Assembly (NCBI GenBank): GCA_032718475.1
Contig: JAUCBJ010000915.1
Span: 1-64,000, forward strand
Length of the DNA stretch: 64,000 nt
Direction of reading: 5' to 3'
Source of the DNA: Nemertoderma westbladi
Taxonomy: Eukaryota > Animalia > Xenacoelomorpha
The notes below the pieces were generated by a model. That model saw only the letters and a list, made by a program, of their open reading frames with translations. It was not told the DNA's origin and searched no databases. Shown here in pieces: positions 1 to 12,470 of the stretch. Made by a program: the position numbers and the translations under genes. Each line of letters opens with the position of its first letter. The stretch's first letter is position 1.

Positions 1-5
1 AAATC

Positions 6-59
6 ACATGTCCAATTCAGTGATGTGAACGACACTGACCAAAGTTCTGAGTGGGAAGG
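6..59 (+). mobile_element. Short remnant of a Bel/Pao gag related to the element at 13815-18378
   Basis: ACATGTCCAATTCAGTGATGTGAACGACACTGA..TCTGAG.GGAAGG closely matches ~17237-17290 (HVQFSDVNDTDQ..E.EG); may continue left of the window. Confidence 0.7.
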
Positions 60-381
60 CAAGATACTCTTCCCACGACCACTTCCCTAATCCGACAAAT
101 ATCTAGGGACTCCATAACGTAACAACATATGGAGCGGGTGTGTGACTATATTATTTATATTTGTTTTTTATTGTTTTATATTATGTATGTATTATTATGT
201 AATTTTATTATAATCGTTTTCTTTAATTTTATTTAGTAGAATGTTATTTTAGCGATTATTTAGTAGATTAGTGCAATATATTCGCGTTTATTAGTAATTA
301 TGTATATTATATTTAGTGCGACGGCGAGAAATAATTATTTTTCTCTTTCCTTACTGTCCGTATCATATTATAAATACGTGA

Positions 382-2136
382 CTACAATAAGATGAAATAT
401 CCGTACTTATTAAAGTACAATAATGGGCTGTGTCCCGGGCTGAGGGGTCGTCGGGGGGACAGTACGGGACTGATGGCGGCCTGGGGCGGTCGCTCCTTCA
501 TCCCCGCACCTCCGTTATCCCGCTGCTCCTCCTCTAACAGTAACCGCTGCACGTCGTAAGGGAGCGGGAAGTTAACGTAGTCGTGGTTGGCGAAATCGTC
601 GTCGTCGTCCCCGGCGAGCTGTCGGGAGGTAACCGGCGGCAACGGGGGAGGGGGGAGTGTACCATGATCCCCGTCCGGCATGGAGGAGTAACGGGAGTCC
701 TGCACCGCCGCCCCGAGGTCCATCGGTTTCCGGGAGGTGTTGTCCACCACGCTGGGGATGGAGCCGCCGAACACCTCGAGGTTGAGCGGCGTCGTGGTCG
801 GCCGAGCTCCGAGCGAGCGAGACAGAATCCGGGAACTCAACGTCGGGGTTCGCCGCAACGAGCGATCCAACGTCGCCTCCCGGACCTTCGCTACAACCTC
901 CTTCTGAGTCCGTCCACTGTACCGGAAGTTGGAACCGGAAGTAAATAAACGTCGTTTGGGCCGCGGCCGGTTCTCCGGTAAACGGAAGAACGAGTGATGC
1001 TCGATGCAGTCCTTCCAGAAACGTTTACAAGCGTTCCTTGACGACATGAGAAACTCCACCTGATCCTTATAGAAAGCCAAGGATTCGTGGTGCAATTTAA
1101 CAATAAAGTATTTCTTCTTAAAACTGAGTTTGCGAATTTTCGCCCAATTAAATTGATTAATTCTCGTCATCTGCTGGTATATTAATATGCCGCTGTGACT
1201 TACTGTTAAATGGAGTAAAACTCCCTCGTAATCCCTCACCGGGTGTAGTCTCACCCCGTACATCTCCAGTCTACGACTTATATCCAATAAGTTAAAATCC
1301 GCGTCGGCCGGAGTCTGGCCGGTGTGATCCTTGTAGTAGTTCATCACCTTCTCGAGGAAATCGTCAGTTTGTTCCGGGATAAACTTGAAATTGTTGAGAT
1401 ACCGCAGGGATTGCGGCGTGGTAGCGGAGAAGTCGCCCAGCTCCGCTTGCACCATGTAGCTTGCCATCAGAGCGGCGGTATTCTCGCCGCAAGGTATTAA
1501 ACCGCACGACAGATCGCGTTTAATTTGAAGCGCAAACAAATACTTCGTGTATTCGTCTTGCAGTTGCCCGGGGTCAGGGGTGTAAAACTTTACGGCGAAA
1601 CGAAAGAGAATACTCGTAGGACATTTAACTTGTTTTACTACTTGTTTCTCTGGATCCAACCAGTAAACAGATCCCGTGTAATCCGCCGCATATTGTAGAC
1701 CAAAATAATCGCTTTCTAACAATCCGATCTCGTCGTAGACTAATTCGAGGAAATCCTTTCCCAAACATTTCACCGGCACATCGAAACGCGGAGTGGAACC
1801 ATCGAGTAACAGAACCCTGAGCGACACGCATCGACCGCGAGACAAGGACCGCCTGCGTTCGACGCTAACTGAACTACTTATACTGCGCAGAGAACTCGGT
1901 GTATTTCCTTCGGGAGGCAGTCGACTGTGGCCGTTGTCTCTCCACGATATCCCGTTGTTGTTTAAAGGATGAAGTACTGGGGAAACGGGGCCTTCATTAG
2001 AAACTACAGGGCGGTCTGTTGCTATAGAAACAGGCATTGCCATCCGGTTGTCGGCGTCTGTCTGGGGGGGGGGGGGGGGGGTCAAATCACCATCATCAAA
2101 CAACCATTGTTTGGCTACTGACTGAACCAGAACCAA
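382..2136 (-). CDS. FARP: FERM + FERM-adjacent (FA) region of a FARP/Cdep-like (FERM-RhoGEF-PH family) protein; probably one large exon (~407-2141) of a gene continuing leftwards
   Basis: 584-aa ORF with band 4.1 motifs DYFGL, WLDPEK, FRFAVKFYTPDPGQLQDEYTKYLFALQIKRDL, TAALMASYMVQAELGDF, LEMYG, FNWAKIRKLSFK, FWKDCIEHHSFFR and FA motif GSNFRYSGRTQKE. Candidate acceptor TGTAG| at 2142, candidate donor AA|GTACGG at 406, first in-frame ATG at 2043. No DH/PH domains in window. Confidence 0.85.
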   Translation of the reverse strand: MVLVQSVAKQWLFDDGDLTPPPPPQTDADNRMAMPVSIATDRPVVSNEGPVSPVLHPLNNNGISWRDNGHSRLPPEGNTPSSLRSISSSVSVERRRSLSRGRCVSLRVLLLDGSTPRFDVPVKCLGKDFLELVYDEIGLLESDYFGLQYAADYTGSVYWLDPEKQVVKQVKCPTSILFRFAVKFYTPDPGQLQDEYTKYLFALQIKRDLSCGLIPCGENTAALMASYMVQAELGDFSATTPQSLRYLNNFKFIPEQTDDFLEKVMNYYKDHTGQTPADADFNLLDISRRLEMYGVRLHPVRDYEGVLLHLTVSHSGILIYQQMTRINQFNWAKIRKLSFKKKYFIVKLHHESLAFYKDQVEFLMSSRNACKRFWKDCIEHHSFFRLPENRPRPKRRLFTSGSNFRYSGRTQKEVVAKVREATLDRSLRRTPTLSSRILSRSLGARPTTTPLNLEVFGGSIPSVVDNTSRKPMDLGAAVQDSRYSSMPDGDHGTLPPPPLPPVTSRQLAGDDDDDFANHDYVNFPLPYDVQRLLLEEEQRDNGGAGMKERPPQAAISPVLSPRRPLSPGHSPLLYFNKYGYFILL

Positions 2137-2919
2137 TCGATCTACAGTACATTGAAAAGTTGAAATACAACTGCAAAGATCCTAACATCAGACAGTCAGA
2201 AGCAGAACATGACATGTAGGCCTATTATTCCAGATTACTGTCAGACTGAATTACAGGCAACCGGCGCCGGTGGAATTGGAAATTTTTTGAAACGGGAAAT
2301 GGAAAGTTTTTATTTATTTACTTCTATAAGTAAGTAAAAAAAAAACGCACCAACATGCACAACACAAAAAAATAAGATAATTTTTTAACACACTGAGTGA
2401 CTGATACTGATAGCGACCGTATCAAAATAATCAAATAGTAACATACAGTACAGTATACTATACACACGCTGAGACTATGGGTGACGTGACGATATAAAAA
2501 CAAGTTGATTACTATTGGTAAGTATGTTAGTATATGCGATATATCATATAAAATAAGTATGTTGGATATTATTTTTAAAATACATAAAATAAATTAAAAT
2601 AAGTCTGTAGGACAGTAGGATAGTGATCTTAGAATAGAAACAAACAACATATTAAAATACTTAAAAATTTAATAAAATATAATGATTCAAGTTAGAAGTT
2701 CTATTATAATGTTTAATAAAATAAGTATATTATGTAATGTAGGTTTATTGAATTAAAACAATGTAGAAATAATGTAGGCCTACCGGTATTTAAAATAATG
2801 AAATATTGAAGTAAAAATATAAAAGTTTTTTATGTTCTTTTGCACTATTATCATTATCTATTATGGTAGATTACGGAATGCTTTCAAGTATGAGGTCAAA
2901 TCAACATCACGTAATAGAG

Positions 2920-4388
2920 TGTTATATTTCTTCCTGATTTAGTCCACTTGTTGGTCATTTCCTTTACTACTTTACTCCCCACACTTTCAGTTCTCTGCTG
3001 GTGTGGTTGTTTCCCCAAATAAATTTGTCCCTTCAATGGGTACGATGTTTCAGCATCACAATTCCAGAAAATCTTAATGCCATATTTACCTGGCAGCCTG
3101 GCTTACTTGGAATGTATTGCTTGAATGGACACCTTCCACGAAATGCAACAAGTTGCTCATCAACCGTCATGTCAAACCCCGGTTTGTACATTACTGGAAG
3201 CTGGGCAAGAAATAACTCCCATAAGTCACGAAATGCGGCTAGCTTGTCAGTTTCTCGACGTTGGGGTCTATCAATGACATTGTCAAATCTTACATGACGT
3301 AAAATTTCCTTGAATCTAACTTCTGTCATTACAGAACGAAAAACTGGCATTGAATCCAAACTCCAAAGCTCTTCTGTAGATTCATGGGCGGATTTATGTA
3401 CGCCAGCCAAGATCAATAGCCCAATGAAAGCCGTAAATTCTTCCCTGTCCAACTGTTTCCAATCTACTGCTTTAGAGCATAATGGAGATACCCTTATTTG
3501 TCTATGAATTCGATTAGCCCTTCTATTTGTTTCACGGACGATAATGTTTATCATATCCACAGTTAGAAATAACCCTAAACATTCCTGTTTAGTTTGGAAG
3601 CTCGCTCGTTTTGTAATTCCAGAGGATTGTTTGACAATATTACTTGAAGGTGTCTTGATTCCTTGTGATTCTGGAGGCATACTACACCATTTTCTTCCAC
3701 TTTTAGCAGTATATGTCATACACGGGCGCTTAGCCGGAGGTTCAGAACATGAAGCAACATCATCCCCAGAGTCAGTAGACTCAGTACCGATATCGGTATC
3801 TTCATCAAAATCCAATGCTACATCAGTCCCATCACTATCCTCCTCCTCCCATTCTTCATCCATACAATCACTTTCCTCAGATAGGCTTTCATAATCTATG
3901 CACTCATCAATATCAGACATTTTAATAATTGAATGCCTTACTATCACACCGGTACTGATAACTCTTTAAACATTCAGATACTAGTATTGTCAGCATGTAG
4001 AGAAGAATATATTTAATAATGAAACTTTATACCAGACTGCCAGACCAGTACCAGATAATTCACTCATACTAGATATGGTACATGGTAGGCCTACAAGAAT
4101 AAATGAAGGCTGAAATGAAGTCTAAATAATGAAGAATAATGTTATTTAATACCAGCAATAAGTGGGGTATTTTTATACCCCACCTTACCTAACTAAGTTT
4201 TTTTTAAATTAAGGGCCCATAAAATATTTCATAAGCATAATTTTCTGGGACTGGCCCACACAATGGGTAGATTACAAGTTGATTGGAAGATACTATGAAG
4301 CTGGACATACATAATATGAGAGATTGGCGAAAAATATCCAAATGTATCCCCTTGTGGTATTTTTTTACCCCACGTTACCGGGGAAAGG
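2920..4388 (-). mobile_element. Truncated piggyBac (PGBD4-like) element: one end plus 5' part of transposase pseudogene
   Basis: TTAA (4389-4392) then CCTTTCCCCGGTAACGTGGGGT end; subterminal palindrome GTGGGGTAT..ATACCCCAC at 4162-4183. ORF 3033-3947 has an acidic N-terminus, FIGLLILAG, RFKEILRHVRFD and TVDEQLVAFRGRCPFKQYIPSKPG; it continues after a frameshift as KYGIKIFWNCDA..SGRNIT, then breaks. Confidence 0.9.
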
Positions 4389-4399
4389 TTAAAGGAACC

Positions 4400-5325
4400 T
4401 AATGATGTAGCCTCAACTACATTGGCCGGTAGTCCGTTCCAAGGGTTGATTACTCCAAAAAAAGCTATTTTGTATTAAGCATGACAGCATGATGCCACAT
4501 TTGGTTTAAATAACTTATACTTATGTCCACGTGTTCTACAATTGTTAATAATGTTAAAGCGATTGATTAAGTTGGGGACATCCACCAGACCAAGATCTTC
4601 GCGAATTATTTTGAAGGTCATAGTTGGATTAAGTCGGAGACGGCGCAGTTCGAGTGATTCGAGACATAGAATACGAAGTCGTTCAAAGTGTGAAGTCTTT
4701 GGATCAAGCGAACATCGATAAAACAACCTTCGTGTAAATAATCTTTGAACTTTTTCGAGTTTATCAATGGAACCTAGTTAACCCTCTTTTTTACAAGTAG
4801 TCCAGTAGTTGATAGGAACGGATTCCAAACAGTAGTAGCATATTCCAAAAGAGGTCTCGCAAAGGTCGTATAGGCTCTCGCTCTCAATAGGGTTTGATGG
4901 TTATTGGTACAGAACATTTTAGAAATCACACTAATAAAATAGTATTCCTTTTTACAAATAGCATTAATGTGGTTTTATAATGATAATGATGACTGATGAG
5001 ATGAGATGAGTCAATAATTACACCCAGCTGCCCAGGTCGCGGCAATGTTCAACTCGTGTCAATATCAGGTGGAATCAATAATGTAGTCAACGCGCTCAAA
5101 ATTCTTAGTTCCAATAATTAATACTGTTCTTTTATGATTGCGATTGTCATTTGCCATGCAGCCATGTATAACACCATTTTACAAAGTTTGTAAGTGATTC
5201 TGATAGAGCACTATGGTTGTTATTGGAGCCATATAATTTATTATCATCCGCAAATAGCTGAATAGTTTGATCTCAGCCGGTAGAACACAATTATCAGGGC
5301 AATCGTCTATAAAGCATAAGAACGT
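4400..5325 (-). mobile_element. Decayed CR1/L2-type non-LTR retrotransposon, RT C-terminal part
   Basis: Minus-strand LFADDNKLY (~5235-5260), RPLLEY (~4840-4860), LESLELRRLR and RTRGHKYKL; many stops and frameshifts. Confidence 0.8.
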
Positions 5326-7786
5326 TATCAGTCTGTCAGTTTATTGGTCCTTATTGGAATTTTTTAATTGAGAAACAAAGTAAAAAGGCAGAAAGGAATA
5401 TACTGACTGAGTACTGATACTGACATATTCAGATATTACATTACGGTACACGACCTGATGACAGTTAAATTCAGAAATTAGAATAAAACAGAAATCACAT
5501 TATTACAGTATTAATTATTAGGCAGTTAGTCCTAAACACTTAAGCACTTAAATATATAGAAAACGGTCGGTATGAAATACATACGGTAGTTTAAAAAAAA
5601 TATGTGGGCCCCTACAAAATAAGTTCTTAGAGTTTGAAAGAACGTAGTTAATTATTAGCTGACAGGCTGATTAGTCGATTAGTGTAATAGGCCTATATAC
5701 CTGTCTGCCTGTCAGCCTGTATACCGCACCGTACAGCCGTAGCCGGTATCGCTAATGTCAGAATGTGGGGTAAATGTAGTACATTCAATGTACCAATAAA
5801 AAGTACCATCATATCATATCACTGTATCACAGGCTCACTGCAGGTGCAGCACTGGCTTGCTGGCTGACTGCGACTGGTGAAATTAACATAGGCCGCCTAT
5901 GCTAATAGTTCGGGTTTACAGTTTGTCCAGGCAGCCAGGAGAACCTGACAGCCTGAAGACAGGAAGAGACTCATCTCGTTTTCAAGAGGGTCCTGCTGTC
6001 CTGTAGTAAAGGTATGATAATTGTATAAGTACAGAAGTATGTGTTTAAAGGCACGTGTTAAAAATATAACAAGAATATTAAAAGATTGACTGATTGCGAT
6101 TGGTTGAAAATGTTAAAAATAAATCAGTAAATGGCAGAATGGCAAATTATTACCGGTACTGTATTAACTTGAAGCTATCTGATCTGGCTGGATATGGCTG
6201 TGTCAGTGTGTGGCAGTCAGGCAGTATGGGATCATTCATCATTCTGTCATTGTACGGTCTGACGACTGACGGTAGGCCTACTTTTACATTACGAATTGTT
6301 TGATTGAGTGCTAAAAAGAGTTTGGCTGTTTGGTGTTAGTCATGTTAGTGGTTAGTCAAGTAGTCCGTTACCCTGTTACCGGTATGTCTGTATGCCAGTA
6401 TGCTATGCAGTATGTAGTATTTAATATTTTAGTCATGCATTACCTATCACCTATTACTGTATTACCTACTGGACTGCCAGACTGCGCTACTGCCTGACTG
6501 CATTATTCAGTTAGGGCCTATTCATTATTCTGTTATTTAGTTATAAATTACTGATGATTATCGTACTACTCTGCTACTCAGCTACTGGCGGTAAGCTAGT
6601 CAGGTCAGTACACCAGTCAGGCAGTAGGCACCAGGTGCAGGTCCCGGCAGCGGCAGACCGTTCAGATTAACTGTCAGCCGGCTGGCCGGTATGGCAGTAC
6701 AGTAGTACGGTATATCAGTATATGGCATCTGGCAGCTGGGTACTGGGGTAGGTTACTGGCTGACTGGGTTACAACACAGCAACAATCTGACAATCAGACA
6801 GTAAGACAATGAATACTACTGTATAGTCTGACAATGCTGCAGTGCTGCAGTGTAGTACCGGTACAGGCTGACAGCCCCAAGGAATAGGCAGGCAGGCTTA
6901 CCGTACCGGTACTGCGTTATGATAAATGTCTGTATGTGATTATAAATTAAATTACACATAACGATGACAAAGGCATGACTGTTTCTAACACTACTGACAT
7001 TAACTGTAACTGTACTGTGGAATTTGACTTTTTTATTTTCAGTACATACAGACAGACATAGGGCCTACGAATCAACATAAAAGTTCGCATAATGCGCAAC
7101 ATTACGTGGCCTTCGCGAAGCAAGTGCCAAGTAGGGGTGGGATAAGTTTTATAGATACATATAGTTTTTACACATACAGTTAGTAAACGCGAAATAATTA
7201 CAGTATAAGCCAAATATAAGCAGATCCCCCCACCCCCCCCCCCCCCCCCCCCCCTGTTCACTTTGGTGTATCAGGCCTTTACGAAGTTTCTCTTGAGAAT
7301 CTAATCAACTGTACCTCTCATCCGATCACTACATTCGTTCATGAAACGGAACACTTGGATCAGAACAATGTATAAGTGCTACTTCTAAATATTATGGCCT
7401 CGGTTGGAAATCGACGATATGTACTGTATAACTGTAAATATGATATTTTTGGAATATTTAAAGCTAAAGAAGCTTTAAAGCTTTATCAATTAATGGAACG
7501 ACAGACAGAAGGCAAGCCTTCTAAGTCGAATGAATGGATGAATTTAATTTGTTTAATGACCATATCAGGAACAGATATTACAGTAAAATAAACAAACAAC
7601 TTAAATCAGAGTAAAATAATACAATATAAACAACAATTAATATATAAGTTAGATATATGAACATTACAGATTTAACATTAATTACTAGATTTGAAGATAT
7701 TTCTGCGTCTTTACGTAATATTTCTGGATTTCTGGTAGTCAAGTAATGTAACCCGCTAAATTAAAAGCATGTAGCTGTGTGCTACC

Positions 7787-9644
7787 GATTCCCCGTACTT
7801 AGTTCCAATTTAAGCCTCATGCGAATTTAGTTCCAATGGAAACGAATTTAGTTCCAATTTTGGCGAATTTAGTTCCAATTTAGGCGAACTTAGTTCCAAT
7901 AACTAGAGAAAAACGAATTTAGTTCCAATGGATGCGAATTTAATTCCAATGGATGCGAACTTAGTTCCAATGTTTCAGGTGTGAGGCGAGCCACGCAGTT
8001 GACGAAGAATCTGTTTAATGACACTATTAGGTGGAGGGTTAAATAATAATTGTAAATAACAAACCCAAAACGCCCAACCTCCTAACCAAAACAATCTTAT
8101 CCCAAACAACGCCCAATCTCTTAACCCAAACAATTCAATTAAATTAATTTATATTTAATCATTTAAAATGATATTCAGTGTAAAGCTCTTAACCCAAACT
8201 ACGCCCAACCTCCTAACCCAATCAACGCCCATCCACTTAAACCGAAACAACTGGTTAATATTGTATTTGGTGTGAGAAAGGCACAATGTGCATGACTTGA
8301 GTATATAATACTACAGACTCAGTCATTTAGTATCAGTATACTCGTGATTAATATATATTTCAAAATGTGTAATTATACATTTAATTCGATTAATAATAAT
8401 TCGTTTTTAAAAATGACAGAAGGGTTTTACAATTATTTACAATTATTGTTGACCCTGACCCACCCCAAATAGTGCCAATACGCAATAGGCTTCGCCTACT
8501 ACGTGGCTATCCCCCGATTGAAACATTGGAACTAAGTTCGTACCCATTAGAACTAAATTCGCATGCATTGGAACTAAATTCGCATGCATTGGAACTAAGT
8601 TCGTTTTGATATTCTGGGATTGGAACTAAGTTCGCCTCGATTGGAACTAAGTTCGCCTCGATTGGAACTAAGTTCGCCTCGATTGGAACTAAGTTCGCTT
8701 TGTAAAATTTATTTTGGAACTAAATTCGTTTCAATTGGAACTAAGTTCGCATATGAAAATGTGCGATTGGAACTAAGTTCGTGTACCTGAGGATAGCTAC
8801 GTAGTTGTAGGCGAAGCCTATTGCGTATTGCCACTATTTGGGGTGGGTCGGGTGAACAATAATTGTAAATAATTGTAAAACACTTCTGTCATTTTTAAAA
8901 AACGAATTATTATTAATGAATTAAATGTATAATTACACTTTTTGAATTATATATTAATCACGAGTATTCTGATACTGACTGACTAAGTCTGTATAGTAGT
9001 ATATACTCAAGTCATGCACATTGTGCCATTTTCACATCAATTACAATATACTGTAGTATTTACCAGTTGTTTCGGTTTAGGTGGATATGGGCGTTGATTG
9101 GGTTAGGAAGTTGGGCGTAGTTTAGGTTAAGAGCTTGGGCGTTGTTTGGGATAAGATTGTTTTGGTTAGGAGGTTGGGCGTTATGTGTTAGTTATTTACA
9201 ATTATTATTTAACCATCCACCTAATAGTGTCATTAAACATAGATTCTTCGCCAACTGCGTGGCTCGCCTCACACCTGAAACATTGGAACTAAATTTGCTT
9301 CCCTTGGAACTAAATTCGCATCTATTGGAACTAAGTTCGCATCCATTGGAACTACGTAAGTTCGCATACATTGGAACTAAATTCGCTTGCATTGGAACTA
9401 AGTTCGCATGCATTGGAACTAAGTTCGCATGCATTGGAACTAAATTCGTTTTCGTTTTTCTCTAGTTATTGGAACTAAGTTCGCCTAAATTTGAACTAAA
9501 TTCGCCAAAATTGGAACTAAATTCGTTTCCATTGGAATTAAATTCGTTTCCATTGGAACTAAATTCGCATGAGGCTTAAATTGGAACTAAGTTCGCCTAA
9601 ATTGGAACTACATTCGCCAAAATTGGAACTAAGTACGGGGAATC
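7787..9644. mobile_element. Foldback-like non-autonomous element with ~0.7-0.85 kb inverted arms and arrays of GCGAA(T/C)TTAGTTCCAAT repeats
   Basis: Begins GATTCCCCGTACTTAGTTCCAAT and ends TTGGAACTAAGTACGGGGAATC; arm 7787-~8510 is the reverse complement of ~8790-9644; ~20-21 bp repeat arrays at both ends and in the centre. Confidence 0.85.
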
Positions 9645-11987
9645 ATACTTTTAGCTTGGCATTGGCTCATTTTCCAAAATGTATGACAGTCAAGTTTAAG
9701 GAAAATGTAAGCCTAAGTAACAAGCGAAAACTAGAGTAATATATTATTATTAGGTCCGTTACTAAAAACAACTGTATTGGGTAAAATAAAAACGGACGTA
9801 AAAAAAATTACCTTCTTAATTGATTCCAGTATGTAGAATATTGTACTCGGCCTACTGTATGTAGAAATATGTTGTAATACAGCAACTGGAAAACATTTAT
9901 ATGATTTTGTTTATAATCATATAAGGGGAAATCGTCAGACTTCTTCCTGCCACATCTTATATGAATATTAATCGTATCGATACTTTCGGATTCAATGTCT
10001 TCAACTTGAACTTACGTACAACAGTTACAGTAGATGTAGAGGTTAACGTCCTATTATTATAAATTATAATATTCCACAAGATGAAATAATGGCTCAATTT
10101 CATTGTGTAATTGGCGGGCTTCAATTGATTTGAAAATTCGGTTTTCGACACGTTACAGTAGTTATTACTGTAATTATGGTTTGTATTGTACATCTGTAGA
10201 TAGTCGTGCATAGTGGTACATAGTCGTACATATTAGTAGGAATCATATATTTTATTCAATAATTTTATCATCATTACTGAACTCTGTTAGTATTATTTGA
10301 AATATTACATTGCACAGATATACAGTACATTCAGTAACTATAAGTATTGAGACTTTACATTTCAAGTTGTTTCTACTTGTTACTTTATTCTATTATTGTA
10401 AAAGCTTCTGTGGGATATAACTGGCCCCTTTTGCTTCGCAATCCAGTTTCCCCCCAGGCGCTGGAATACTCTAAAAAGGTTCTCTAACTGTATATATATT
10501 CCCCTCGCCCGCAAGGTACCTTTACAGGTGTTTTAACGGACATAAAAGTCATTCTGCTATATACGTGTTTTGGCGGACATGGTAAGGCAAAAAACCTGTA
10601 ATGCACCAACTACCTTTCACAGCTTAGCCGTGATGATTCATATTACGACATCTAACAGCTGGTTGCTGACATGGAAACAGCCATTGGACGCATGGTTCTT
10701 TGTTTGGCTTGAGCCAATCAGAGCGATTTTTCCTGTCGACGTGTAGCTTTTCAGCCGATCATAAGGAGAGTGTTCAGTCTTACTGTTTTTTACTTGATAC
10801 TTTGTTGTTATTGCTGTCTAAGCCAGAAACACCGGCCTTTTGGGAAGAACTCTAGTAAACGGCTTGAATTATCGAAAGTATAAACTGTTACCTCAATAAC
10901 TCACTAATTAACATGCTCACTTAATTTAATTGCATTAATCATATTGTTTGTACTGTTATTTTACCGTCAGTTATTAATTGTACCTATTTGTTGATGGAAA
11001 TATTGCTCTTTGGATAATACGGATAAATCACCCAAATTCCCAATTTTCTTGATACACTACAGGTTAGAGAGACCGGCTATACATAACAATTGCGATTTAT
11101 ATTAATGTGGTGTGTATTGAATCCAATGTTATTTAGCAGACCCTACGTGAGTCAATTGCTGCTCTCTTTATGTGTGATCAAATATACTGACGGTCGGCAG
11201 AATAGTGTGTATGATTGTGATTGGTAACAAAGTATTTCCTAAAGAATACGCTTTATACTTCAATCATAAGCAGTATCGTTGCGTTTTAGTATAAGTCTTA
11301 GTTCTGTTTAAATAGATAAAGCGCCACGTCCTAAAGGAACTGTTAATATTTCCCGAAAGCCAATAATATCTGTCAGAGATTAATTATTAACGATCTATCG
11401 AATAATACAGTAGGTATACACTGCAACCTTACACTGCAATAATAAAATTTAAGCATCCGAATTCAGTCTCCCGGGTGTAGATCCATCGGGTGAATGATCG
11501 CGCATGGGCTGACTTCGGCTAGTGTTTTGCGTATTAGCATAAAATATTGTCGTATGCTAAAGTGGTTTTAATTAACTGAAAGACATATAAATTTTGGCAG
11601 GTTAAACTGCTAAAGGTCTTCAAAAGCGCGAACAGTAACAGTTTATAATCTTATTGCAGTAGGCAATAAGGTTGCAAAATACCGTAGTGACTGGTAAAGC
11701 TGAACCGGTGCTTCTGTAGGTCAGTAGGCCTAACTGTCATCACCGGTACCGGTACTGCTGTACAAGTACATTTAGTATTATTCGATTTTGATTATTGTAT
11801 ACCGGTAGGTCTCGATATTAAATCGGGGACGCCTGGTTTTTATTGGGATTTTACTTAGGTCTATTTCTGTCAGTTTTATTTACTAGTAGGCTAATATTGA
11901 GCAGAAGGCGTGTGACCCTGCTCAGATTGTTCAGATAATTGTAGGCTGAGTTGCTGTCTGACTGTTGTTGAGTTTGGAGAGATTACG

Positions 11988-12470
11988 GCGTGTGTAGAGT
12001 TTGTCTGATAAAGTGCCGTTAGTAAGTTGGGGCAGCCATATGCGGTAAGGTCAATCCCCTCTTAAAGAATAAGTCGTACTACCGTGTTAGAACGCATACT
12101 AACTAACAGTTTCAGAGTCTGCATATACTGTAGTTTATTTAGGCTTGATCGTAGTCTGCCAGTGTTTTGGCCTGTGTTTGTTTGTGTGGTCTGTTCAGGT
12201 ACCGTAATAGTTATTACTCAAATATTTGTAGGCTGGATTGTTGTCTGGCTATTTTTGGGTCTGAAGGGATTGCTGCGTGTGTAGAGTTGGTCTGATAAAG
12301 TGCCGTTAGTAAGTTGGGGCAGCCATATGCGGTAAGGTCAATCCCCTCTTAAAGAATAAGTCGTACTACCGTGTTAGAACGCATACTAACTAACAGTTTC
12401 AGAATCTGCACATACTGTAGTTTGTTTAGGCTTAATAGTAGTCTGCCAGCGTTTGGTTTGTATTTGTTTG
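11988..12470 (+). repeat. Tandem duplication, period 287 bp, upstream of Bel-1 gag
   Basis: GTGCCGTTAGTAAGTTGGGGCAGCCATATGCGG.. at 12013 and 12300; ~170 bp near-identical. Confidence 0.85.

Noticed and set aside
7790-9640. TTGGAACTAAGTTCG arrays as a CRISPR array
   Set aside because: Intervening bits are only ~4-8 bp and recurrent; no cas genes; eukaryotic TE context
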